Source: a virus. From it: 64,000 bases of DNA. The position numbers and the translations under genes were made by a program. Positions 9,884 through 18,493 of the stretch are shown here, in pieces (position 1 is the stretch's first letter; the number at the start of each line of letters is the position of its first letter). Under the pieces are notes generated by a model. That model ran no database searches, was not told the DNA's origin, and saw only the letters and a list, made by a program, of their open reading frames with translations. The stretch covers positions 79,666 through 143,665 of the IMG/VR virus record IMGVR_UViG_3300023184_000038; one strand, given 5' to 3'.

Positions 9884-9958
9884 TATAACCGGTCTCTTAT
9901 GGGCTCATCCCGGTATAAAAATTCTGCGTCCTATGCTATAATAACATAGGAGAACAAC
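9876..9958 (+). promoter_or_regulatory. Late-type promoter plus riboswitch-like structured leader of queD
   Basis: ATAAATA 9876-82; stem ACCGG/CCGGT 9888-9914, A-rich tail; TCCTATG/CATAGGA stem masks SD. Confidence 0.5.
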
Positions 9959-10435
9959 ATGGCAAAATATATTTCAACAAAGACCTATAATCAACTAGGT
10001 CCGGTTGCATATCGTCAATGGCGTGCAGACAGTCATTGTAATTTAATACACGGATATGCATTAAGTTTTCATTTAGAATTTGAATGTGATACACTTGACG
10101 CACGTAATTGGTGCATGGACTTTGGTGGTTTAAAACCGTTAAAAGGCTTATTAGAAGATTGGTTTGATCACACTCTATTAGTGGCACAAGATGATCCAAT
10201 GCGTGAACATTTACTAAACTTGGGTAAGTTAAAACTAGCAAAGATAACTGAAGTAGAAAAGACTGGATGTGAGGGAATTGCAGCCTTTTTGTACGAATAT
10301 ATTAATACCATCTTTTTACCTAATTACGGTGAGAAAGACCGAGTATGGTGTAGTAAAGTAGAAGTCAGAGAAACAGATAGTAATATGGCTATGCGAGTGG
10401 GTCATAGAGAAGATAATGAATATCTAAATGATTGA
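9959..10435 (+). CDS. queD: 6-carboxy-5,6,7,8-tetrahydropterin synthase
   Basis: SHCNLIHGY, DFGGLK, FDHTLL, GCE, VEVRET. Confidence 0.92.
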   Translation: MAKYISTKTYNQLGPVAYRQWRADSHCNLIHGYALSFHLEFECDTLDARNWCMDFGGLKPLKGLLEDWFDHTLLVAQDDPMREHLLNLGKLKLAKITEVEKTGCEGIAAFLYEYINTIFLPNYGEKDRVWCSKVEVRETDSNMAMRVGHREDNEYLND

Positions 10436-11105
10436 TATACAGTATATTAATAGCAATGTTGCAATGTCCGATATAGTTGCCGACATTGTTGAATATACTA
10501 TTAAACATTCTATTGGCCCTTGCAAAATTGCATTTCCTACAGGTAATACACCCATAGAAATGTATGCCAACTTAGTATTACGTCCAATCAATTGGGAAAA
10601 CACATATAGTTTTCAATTAGATGAATATGTGGGGCTACCTAACGGTCATCCCAAGCTGTATACTCAATTTATGTATGAACATTTATATTCTAAAGTAAAT
10701 ATTAATCAATTGCATATATTTTCTCCAATACTTAATATTAACTATGATAACATTATTAATACTCACGGTGGATTAGATTTAGCAATATTGGGATTGGGGC
10801 ACAACGGACATATAGCCTTTAATGAACCGGGTTCGGAATTTAATTCAGTTACTCGGCAAATTGTGTTGGAAGAATCCACTAGAGTAAACAATAGTAAATG
10901 GTTTAAATCGTTAAATGAAGTTCCAACTACTGCAATGACAATGGGATTGTCTACTATAATGAGTGCCAGACATATTGTATTAATGGTACAAGGTATTAAT
11001 AAATTTACAATGCTTAAACAAGCACTATGGGGCAAAAGAACTGAACATATTCCATGTAGTGTACTTCAAACTCATTCTAATATTAAAGTATTATATTGTG
11101 ATTAA
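10428..11105 (+). CDS. nagB: Glucosamine-6-phosphate deaminase
   Basis: PTGNTP, LDEYVGL, ILGLGHNGHIAFNEPG, AMTMGLSTI. Confidence 0.9.
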   Translation: MIDIQYINSNVAMSDIVADIVEYTIKHSIGPCKIAFPTGNTPIEMYANLVLRPINWENTYSFQLDEYVGLPNGHPKLYTQFMYEHLYSKVNINQLHIFSPILNINYDNIINTHGGLDLAILGLGHNGHIAFNEPGSEFNSVTRQIVLEESTRVNNSKWFKSLNEVPTTAMTMGLSTIMSARHIVLMVQGINKFTMLKQALWGKRTEHIPCSVLQTHSNIKVLYCD

Positions 11106-11121
11106 TTTGGTAATCTTAGTA

Positions 11122-11150
11122 TTGAGTTTCTATTAAATCTGTGCTATAAT
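11122..11150 (+). promoter_or_regulatory. sigma70-type promoter for queE
   Basis: TTGAGT-17bp-TATAAT with extended TG. Confidence 0.6.
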
Positions 11151-11186
11151 GTCAAAAAATGTTTATATCATTAAAGGAATAGTACA

Positions 11187-12035
11187 ATGGCAAAATTAAA
11201 AGTAGCAGAACTCTTCTATAGTATACAGGGAGAAGGTAGATATATGGGTGTCCCTTCAGTCTTTCTACGCACATTTGGATGTAACTTCAAATGTGCAGGA
11301 TTTGGTATGCCTAAGGGTGAACTAAGTCGTGAAGTAGAAGATATTGCTGCCAATATACATTTATATAATCAGTATACGCAACTTCCATTAGTTAGTACTG
11401 GATGCGATAGTTATGCTAGTTGGGATCCAAGATTCAAAGACTTGAGTCCAGTACTTACTACTGATAGTATTGTTGACAGTATTATGTCTATGCTTCCACA
11501 CAATCGTTGGATGGAAGAACATCTGGTTATCACAGGAGGTGAACCTTTACTAGGATGGCAGCGTAGTTATATTGATTTACTTTCACATGACAAGATGAAA
11601 GGGTTACAAGAACTAACTTTTGAAACAAATGGTACTCAATCTCTACAACAAGAATTGAAAAGTTATTTGCAGCAGTGGGGAATTAATCGTTCTAGAGGTG
11701 CAATTACATTTAGTGTTAGTCCTAAACTTAGTATTAGTGGTGAGAAGTGGGAAGAAGCAATATGTCCTGACATCATTAATGAGTACTCACAAACGGGTCG
11801 TACATATTTAAAGTTTGTTGTTGCAACTAAACAAGATGTAGAGGAAGCACAAACAGCCGTTAATCAATATCGTACTAATGGATTTAGAGGGCATGTGTAT
11901 TTGATGCCATGTGGTGGCGTTGAAAGTGTGTATAACTTGAATGCAAAAAATGTTGCACTTGAAGCAATGCGTTTAGGCTGGCGTTATAGTGATAGACTTC
12001 AAGTCCCACTGTTCAAAAACGAGTGGGGAACTTGA
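11187..12035 (+). CDS. queE: 7-carboxy-7-deazaguanine synthase (radical SAM)
   Basis: ELFYSIQGEG, FLRTFGCNFKC...GCDS, ITGGEP, ETNGT, VSPK. Confidence 0.93.
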   Translation: MAKLKVAELFYSIQGEGRYMGVPSVFLRTFGCNFKCAGFGMPKGELSREVEDIAANIHLYNQYTQLPLVSTGCDSYASWDPRFKDLSPVLTTDSIVDSIMSMLPHNRWMEEHLVITGGEPLLGWQRSYIDLLSHDKMKGLQELTFETNGTQSLQQELKSYLQQWGINRSRGAITFSVSPKLSISGEKWEEAICPDIINEYSQTGRTYLKFVVATKQDVEEAQTAVNQYRTNGFRGHVYLMPCGGVESVYNLNAKNVALEAMRLGWRYSDRLQVPLFKNEWGT

Positions 12036-12280
12036 TGCCCTCAATTGATTGGACTACACAATCAGCTAGTGACTATCATTTCAAACAAAGAACTGTGGGT
12101 AAACAATTAAAGTTTACTCTAATACCTAGACTATGCCATATAACAAAGCGTAGAATATGGCTAGAGTATGCATATTGTGTTACTGCAATGTACAGAAGCG
12201 GTGATATTAACTTTGATTATGAAAATCGTTGGTATAGTAAAGATGAATATTTAATAGCAAGATTAAGGGATTTAATATGA
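12035..12280 (+). CDS. Hypothetical protein
   Basis: TGATG junction after queE. Confidence 0.55.
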   Translation: MPSIDWTTQSASDYHFKQRTVGKQLKFTLIPRLCHITKRRIWLEYAYCVTAMYRSGDINFDYENRWYSKDEYLIARLRDLI

Positions 12281-12456
12281 AGTTTGAAATGCGTTGGCTT
12301 GTGGTTGAGGCGCCATCTGGCCCTGAAAAGATATTGCAATATCGTTATGAAAGAGAAATAACAGATTACAGTATAGAAAACCCAAGAACAGGATCCTTTG
12401 TTAAAAGAAATGAGTTAACTGATTGGATTACTGTTACAACAGTAGATGAGGTATAA
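12277..12456 (+). CDS. Hypothetical protein (59 aa, not in ORF track)
   Basis: MKFEMRWLVVEAPSGPEKILQYRY...; ATGA overlap, fills gap. Confidence 0.55.
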   Translation: MKFEMRWLVVEAPSGPEKILQYRYEREITDYSIENPRTGSFVKRNELTDWITVTTVDEV

Positions 12457-12457
12457 A

Positions 12458-13819
12458 ATGCGAACATATAATAAACGAATAGCATTTCTAATTAGTGACC
12501 AGCATTTTATTACGCATGGTGGGATAGGGCAGTTTGCTAAAGGTTTTACTGAATTAGGAGACCGCATCAATTGGAAAGTTGACATTATCTTAGACAAAGA
12601 ACCAACAAACGATTTATCTATACTAGTTAAATCATTGGGTGCAAATATCATATATACAGATTCTGGTCTACGCTATTCTGACCATACTGCTACGTTTGCT
12701 TTTAAAGATAGTATTAATTTTGAAAAAATGGTTAATTTCAGAAAAAGCATTATGCTTGCGTTAGAAACTAATATTTATGATATGATTATTTGTAACACGC
12801 AAGAAGCAATGAGTGCAGCATATTCTATGGGGTTAGGAAAATATATTCCAGTAGTATTTTACACACATTCGTATAGTATGGTTTTTAGAGATGAGCAAGA
12901 TTTTAGTGATGTTTGTATAGATGAATATCATAACTTTTTCAATAAGCATATGGAACTATCTCATAGTTTTGTTGGAACTCAAAGTCAAAAGAATGTTGAT
13001 GAGATGACTAAGTATGGTGCAAAGAATGTATCACTATTGCGTATGCCATTAAGTGAACGAGAATTGTTAGTACGCAATGATAATCCGCGCAAAGGTGTAT
13101 TGTTTATTGGACGATGGGAAGAACGAAAAAATCCAGAAGCATATATTCGTGTTATGAAAGAATGTAAATTGCCTTGCAGAGTAATGACCAATAAAACAGG
13201 TGCTAAAAAATTTGAAAAAGCATTTGCTGATAATAACATCACAGATTATGAAATCAAAATAAGTATTATTGGCAAAGAAAAAGTAGATTTTATTAAAAGT
13301 TGTAGTGTATTTTTTATGCCAGCATTAGGAGAAAACTATCCGTTTGCGTTTAGTGAATGTTTGGGACATATGCCATGTGTTGTGTTAGATAATCAAGATT
13401 GGTCTAATAATTTTGACGAAAAATATTTTTATAAAGAAAAATTAAACAATGTATCAATGTTAATTCAACGATTATACAATACTACAAATTACTACGATAC
13501 CGGAGCATTAGAATATATTAAATTACTAGATGACGATACCGCTATAGGCTGGATAAAATTTTTAGATAAGTTTGTTTCTAAAAAAAGTAATACTAATTCA
13601 GCAAAAATAAATTCGACAGAAACAGTATGTTATCAAGACTATATTAAAGAATTAAACAGAGGGCATTTAGCCCGTGAAGATATTGAAAGTGTATTGGCAA
13701 ATCGTCATAAATTTATTATCAATGTATATACAGATGATAATACGTATTTAAGTAAAGATCCAAAATTTAAGCCAATAGAAGAACAGTCACCTAGTGTGTC
13801 ATTATTTGAATGGGTATGA
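12458..13819 (+). CDS. Glycosyltransferase family 4-like
   Basis: N-terminal HGGIGQF, LFIGRWEERKNP, PALGENYPFAFSE (Ex7E). Confidence 0.85.
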   Translation: MRTYNKRIAFLISDQHFITHGGIGQFAKGFTELGDRINWKVDIILDKEPTNDLSILVKSLGANIIYTDSGLRYSDHTATFAFKDSINFEKMVNFRKSIMLALETNIYDMIICNTQEAMSAAYSMGLGKYIPVVFYTHSYSMVFRDEQDFSDVCIDEYHNFFNKHMELSHSFVGTQSQKNVDEMTKYGAKNVSLLRMPLSERELLVRNDNPRKGVLFIGRWEERKNPEAYIRVMKECKLPCRVMTNKTGAKKFEKAFADNNITDYEIKISIIGKEKVDFIKSCSVFFMPALGENYPFAFSECLGHMPCVVLDNQDWSNNFDEKYFYKEKLNNVSMLIQRLYNTTNYYDTGALEYIKLLDDDTAIGWIKFLDKFVSKKSNTNSAKINSTETVCYQDYIKELNRGHLAREDIESVLANRHKFIINVYTDDNTYLSKDPKFKPIEEQSPSVSLFEWV

Positions 13820-14652
13820 TGAAAAAAGTATTAATAACAGGTAATTCAGGTTATATCGGTAGTCATCTTTCCAAGATGTTAGCAGATTCTTATGAAGTAT
13901 ATGGGTTAGATATTACCCTTCCACAGACAGATCGGCTTAAAGATTGGTATAATATTGATATTCGTAAATTATTTACTATTGACCAAGAATTTGATGCAGT
14001 AATACATTTAGCAGCCTTAGTTAATGTAGGTGAAAGTGAGCAGCAACCCATAAGTTATTATATTACCAATTTGAATGGGACGATGAATGTCATCAATAAG
14101 ATTAAGACAAAGAATTTTATTTTTGCAAGTACTGGCGCAGCAGCGGGATGTGAGAGTGCATATGGTATTAGTAAACGTGCTGCGGAAGATGTGGTGCGTG
14201 AATATTGCACTATACATAATCCCAAAGATTACACAATATTTAGGTTCTATAACGTAATTGGTAGTGATGGTTTTTTGCCAACTAATCCAGACGGGTTGAT
14301 GTATAATTTAATGAAATCAAAAGAAAAGGGCGAATTTACTATTTTTGGGAATGACTATGATACCCGAGATGGAACTTGCATACGTGATTATGTACATGTT
14401 AATGAGATATGTGAAGCATTAGGTAGTGCTATTGAGAGGCCAAGTAATCAAATAGAATGTTTAGGGCATGGAGTAGGTTATACTGTTGCCGAGATAGTTA
14501 ATACGTTCAAAAAAGTAAACAATATACCTAATATTAATTTACTTACTAAGATAGGTCCAAGAAGAAAGGGTGACTTAGCAGTATCTGTATTAGATAATGT
14601 GTCACCCTATATGAAGAATCTTTATACTTTAGAGCAGTTACTTAAAGTTTAA
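13816..14652 (+). CDS. galE: NAD-dependent epimerase, UDP-glucose 4-epimerase-like
   Basis: TGNSGYIGS, HLAA, YGISK, DGTCIRDYVHV. Confidence 0.85.
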   Translation: MMKKVLITGNSGYIGSHLSKMLADSYEVYGLDITLPQTDRLKDWYNIDIRKLFTIDQEFDAVIHLAALVNVGESEQQPISYYITNLNGTMNVINKIKTKNFIFASTGAAAGCESAYGISKRAAEDVVREYCTIHNPKDYTIFRFYNVIGSDGFLPTNPDGLMYNLMKSKEKGEFTIFGNDYDTRDGTCIRDYVHVNEICEALGSAIERPSNQIECLGHGVGYTVAEIVNTFKKVNNIPNINLLTKIGPRRKGDLAVSVLDNVSPYMKNLYTLEQLLKV

Positions 14653-16394
14653 GAAGCCCATTTTTTATAGGGCTTTGGTAATTTATTTTCCGCCACACCT
14701 TGCTTTCTAATCTTAACATTACCCCTCATTCGGTCAACACTTTCAGGAGTAGGAATATTTAGGCTACGGAACTGAGCTGTGCCTTGTGCAGCAACTGGTC
14801 CTCCATGTAAACTATCACGCTCTTCACCTTTGCTGTTACGCCACTTACCGTCAGTGCCTTGTGTCAGTGGTTCTTTTGTTTGATAGTCTCGTGGAACAAA
14901 CGGTGCATTTGCACTAGGCTCTGGACTTGGGCTAGGTGATGAAGTAGATGCTGCTTTCCAGCCAGCCGCGTTCATTGCGTCTACAGTTTGATCACCGGGC
15001 TGTTTGCCGTCAGCTTTTCCATTTACAATTCGCAAATACGAAGCCATTCCATACTGTGTACCAGAGCCTGCTGGCTTTTCAATCCAGTATGTTTTGCTTT
15101 GTGTATCAAGAACAGCTGGATAATTCTGACCATTATAGTTAGTAGTTGTTAAAGTAAATCCATTACCTAAATCTTTTTCATTTGCCGGCGGTCCTCCAGC
15201 AGTGGCACCAGTATTACTAAAATCATTTATATTAGCTCCTGGTGGCAATCGTGGACGAATTGGTGCTTCAGCAGAGGCACCAGTATTACTAAAATCATTT
15301 ATATTAGCTCCTGGTGGCAATCGTGGACGAATTGGTGCTTCATCTTCTTCTGTCACACCTTGCTTCTTATATACATCCTTGAATGCTTTATTAAAAATGT
15401 CAGTAGCTTGCTTAGTTGTTTTTTTAGCAGTGGTTGGCGTGGCAGTATGTTGTGGGTCAGAGTCGCTATAGTGGTCTCTTGAACCATATGTGCTATGACT
15501 TCTTGTGCCATCAGATTTCATACGTCCTTTGGGTTCTTGACTATGCATTTCCGCCACATCAGATTCTGGTTTCTTCTGCCCGTACATGTCTTTTCCATCT
15601 TTATCATAATGAGTTGGGGGAAAATCATACGCTTTATTATGAATATCTTGCCTGGCCCATCTATTCATCTCACGCGGCCGGGGAATTAATTTTACCGTAG
15701 GCGTATGCTTATCTTTCAATGCCCAGTTATTCATTCCTTCCGCCACACCTTGCTCTAAACGATTCTGCGCTTTAGCAAATCCTGCAACACTGCGGTTGGC
15801 TTTTTCTGGACTACGCTTTGTTGGGTCTGCTTTATGTTTCATAGAGTCGGAACTTACTTTTTGTTGATAACTCTTTAGTGCATTATTGCTAACTTCCGCC
15901 ACACCTTGCTCGGCCATTCCTAACTTACGCATTACCGCCGGAGAAGCGATTTTGTTTTTTATACAATTGGGATATTTTTTCCCAAACATAGTTTTCATGC
16001 CTTCTTTGTGATATCCTTTCCAGCAAGCTTCGTCTAAACTTTTCTGTGAGTGATCTCCGTGTGTTTCACACATACCACAGTCTTCACAGACCATTTCCAT
16101 CTCAATGCTTTCGTTGTGTTTCTTTTTACCAGCGCAATGAGCCTTTTGACTAAATCCTTTGGGATGTGAGCAATTGATACTGCTTTTATATTTTTGACTC
16201 CATCCCTCATTATAGTTATCATACTTATTACGAACAGCATCTAACTTTTTTTCACTAGCACCTTCACGTCCTGCTTTGGCTAATGCCTTCATACCATTTT
16301 TGCCATACTTTTCATTGCCCTTGGCAGCACGACTCATTGGTCGTTTATTCTCTATTACTTTTTCTGTGCTAACAATTATGTGATTTATTTTCAT
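14649..16394 (-). CDS. Mosaic protein with repeated QGVAE motifs; probable internal head polyprotein
   Basis: MKINHIIVSTE N-terminus, five QGVAE/QGVTE/SDVAE junctions, low-complexity and Cys-rich micro-modules. Confidence 0.6.
   Translation of the reverse strand: MKINHIIVSTEKVIENKRPMSRAAKGNEKYGKNGMKALAKAGREGASEKKLDAVRNKYDNYNEGWSQKYKSSINCSHPKGFSQKAHCAGKKKHNESIEMEMVCEDCGMCETHGDHSQKSLDEACWKGYHKEGMKTMFGKKYPNCIKNKIASPAVMRKLGMAEQGVAEVSNNALKSYQQKVSSDSMKHKADPTKRSPEKANRSVAGFAKAQNRLEQGVAEGMNNWALKDKHTPTVKLIPRPREMNRWARQDIHNKAYDFPPTHYDKDGKDMYGQKKPESDVAEMHSQEPKGRMKSDGTRSHSTYGSRDHYSDSDPQHTATPTTAKKTTKQATDIFNKAFKDVYKKQGVTEEDEAPIRPRLPPGANINDFSNTGASAEAPIRPRLPPGANINDFSNTGATAGGPPANEKDLGNGFTLTTTNYNGQNYPAVLDTQSKTYWIEKPAGSGTQYGMASYLRIVNGKADGKQPGDQTVDAMNAAGWKAASTSSPSPSPEPSANAPFVPRDYQTKEPLTQGTDGKWRNSKGEERDSLHGGPVAAQGTAQFRSLNIPTPESVDRMRGNVKIRKQGVAENKLPKPYKKWAS
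14688..15908 (-). repeat. Dispersed 15-bp repeat CAAGGTGTGGCGGAA
   Basis: Exact at 14688-14702, 15738-15752, 15894-15908; variants at 15348-15362, 15549-15563; another variant at 19901-19915. Confidence 0.9.
15204..15342 (-). repeat. 72-bp tandem duplication (EAPIRPRLPPGANINDFSNTGA x2)
   Basis: Near-perfect direct repeat, 72-nt period. Confidence 0.95.
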
Positions 16395-16873
16395 TTACTA
16401 CCCTTTTCTTTATATGCCCAACGAGGTCCACCACCGCCGCCACCTGTTTCATTAAACCATGCATTGGATTCAGCTTGAGGTAAAGATTTTAGCCATTTAG
16501 AAAGCACTCCGGCCGCTGGGATCTTTCCATTTTTGTCAACAAATCTAGTGGAAATGACTCCTTTACGATTATCACCTATTTGCGGACTCAGCCAAACGCC
16601 ATTCCACGCAGGTTCCCACATCATTATTTTTGTTGGATTGAATTCCCATTTTGTTGGGGAGAGCGGTCTAAGCAGATACACAGTTCCAGTTCCTCCGGGC
16701 GATGGGTTTGGAATTTCTTTATAATTACCTTTGGGAATTTGAATTGAAGCTTGACCAATCTTGCTTGCAGGGACCATATGGGTCCAGTTACTGGGTACAA
16801 CATCATTACCACTACCTTTAGCAGTAGTTGCGGCAGGTGCTCCCTGAGATGCCAGCCACTCTAGTGGACTCAT
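16391..16873 (-). CDS. Hypothetical protein
   Basis: ATGA overlaps at both ends. Confidence 0.65.
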   Translation of the reverse strand: MSPLEWLASQGAPAATTAKGSGNDVVPSNWTHMVPASKIGQASIQIPKGNYKEIPNPSPGGTGTVYLLRPLSPTKWEFNPTKIMMWEPAWNGVWLSPQIGDNRKGVISTRFVDKNGKIPAAGVLSKWLKSLPQAESNAWFNETGGGGGGPRWAYKEKGSK

Positions 16874-18468
16874 TGTTCATCCTTCATCAGGAACCCTAGT
16901 TTTTTCATGGCTGTCAGATAGGCTCTCCACAATTTATCAGGCCAACCGGTTGGTCGTTCGTAAGTCTTTCCGTCTACGGTTGCACGTTTTGGTAAAGGGC
17001 CAATATCTTGCACTGGATCTCCTGATTTACCCCAGGGCTTGTCGGTTGCTGCAACTGCCAGTGCTGGCAATTGACCAGACATAGCCTTCTCTCTAAGGTC
17101 TTCTATACCATCTATTGTTGCTTTTATATCTACTTTTAAATCGGCATCAGTAGTATCTAGTCCAAAATAACGCACAAGTATAGGCAACTGTTTTTTAATT
17201 ATATCAACATCTTCTTTTGATATAAATCCAGCTGCTACAGCCTGTCCAACTGTACCTGCCTGCCCGGCTCCGCCTTCAGGTCCTCCGCCAGGCACACCGC
17301 CTTCAGGTCCTCCGCCAGGCACACCGCCTTCAGGTCCTCCGCCAGGCACACCGCCTTCAGGTCCTCCGGGAGGTTTATCTTCTGGTTTTTCTTCTTTGTT
17401 ATTCCACCAGTCCCATAATGCTTTACCACCTTCATATGCTCCCCATAAGCCTAATCCCACGCTTCCAGCTTTTCCTAACTTACCAAGACCACTACCAATA
17501 CTACGCATTGGATTACGGGCAGCAGCTGCTGCGGTCCGTCTAGCAGTTGATTGAGCTGTAATTGCTGCCCTTCTAGCTGCCTGGGCTGCTCTATTCCTAG
17601 CGCCGGGACTGCCACCTCGGACTAGTCTACCAAGTCCCCGAACTAACGGAGCAATAAATTCATTTAATTGTTCTGGCTTATTTTCAATTAAAATAGTAAA
17701 AATTCTAATTTGTTCAGCAGGTGAAAATTCATGTAGATTTTCAGATATCAGCCTACGTTTGAGAGTATTTCTACTTTCTGTTGTTACCTTATATTTTTTA
17801 AGAATATTGTTTAATTGAGTCAATGCAGTAGTTAAATCAGCGGCAGGGCCGATATCTTTATCTGCATTTCCTGATTTACCCCTAAGATTGCCCGCTGCTG
17901 CAGCACCTGCTGCACCACCTGCAGTATTTGCACCCGCCTCGGCATCCATTCTATCAGCAATTCGTTCAGCTTGTGCTGCTGCGTCCGGTGCTTGATTTGC
18001 TGTAGTTGATGAATCAGTAGAAGAGTTTCCTGCTTGATTTGGTGTATCTGAGGAATCAGTAGAAGAGTTTCCTGCTTGATTTGGTGTATCTGGGTAAGGT
18101 TCAAACTTGTAAGGGGCAGAGTCAGTGCCGGGCCCAGGATCTTTACCGGCTTGGTTAGTTCCCGAAACACCGCGGCTAGTACCAAACGTTCCAAAATTAG
18201 AAGAAGCATTGTTAGGAGATGTGCTAAATATTGGTTCATCTGGCTTTCCACCAACTACACTCTTAACTGTATTCAAGTTGCTTGTACCAACGTTTAGTTC
18301 TTTTGCTTTTGCTTGATCGTCGGGGTCTTTAAAATAACTTAGTGGAGGCTTTTCACCGGGCATTCTGGCTAAAATATACGGATCTTTACGGTCTGCATTA
18401 CCCAACCATTTTTCTTGTTCGGGAGTAGGAGTCCATTCTTCCCGCAAAATTAATTCATTTATTTTCAT
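16870..18468 (-). CDS. Low-complexity late protein, probable internal head/ejected protein
   Basis: MKINELILREE N-terminus; GATAAATA late box at 18488-95; multiple I/LxE sites; Gly/Ala-rich amphipathic region. Confidence 0.6.
   Translation of the reverse strand: MKINELILREEWTPTPEQEKWLGNADRKDPYILARMPGEKPPLSYFKDPDDQAKAKELNVGTSNLNTVKSVVGGKPDEPIFSTSPNNASSNFGTFGTSRGVSGTNQAGKDPGPGTDSAPYKFEPYPDTPNQAGNSSTDSSDTPNQAGNSSTDSSTTANQAPDAAAQAERIADRMDAEAGANTAGGAAGAAAAGNLRGKSGNADKDIGPAADLTTALTQLNNILKKYKVTTESRNTLKRRLISENLHEFSPAEQIRIFTILIENKPEQLNEFIAPLVRGLGRLVRGGSPGARNRAAQAARRAAITAQSTARRTAAAAARNPMRSIGSGLGKLGKAGSVGLGLWGAYEGGKALWDWWNNKEEKPEDKPPGGPEGGVPGGGPEGGVPGGGPEGGVPGGGPEGGAGQAGTVGQAVAAGFISKEDVDIIKKQLPILVRYFGLDTTDADLKVDIKATIDGIEDLREKAMSGQLPALAVAATDKPWGKSGDPVQDIGPLPKRATVDGKTYERPTGWPDKLWRAYLTAMKKLGFLMKDEQ
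17270..17368 (-). repeat. 27-bp tandem repeat (GGPEGGVPG, ~3.7 copies)
   Basis: ccgccttcaggtcctccgccaggcaca repeated. Confidence 0.95.
18011..18092 (-). repeat. 42-bp tandem duplication (DTPNQAGNSSTDSS x2)
   Basis: gaatcagtagaagagtttcctgcttgatttggtgtatctg occurs twice. Confidence 0.9.
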
Positions 18469-18493
18469 TTTAGTTTACCTTGTTTAGTATTTA

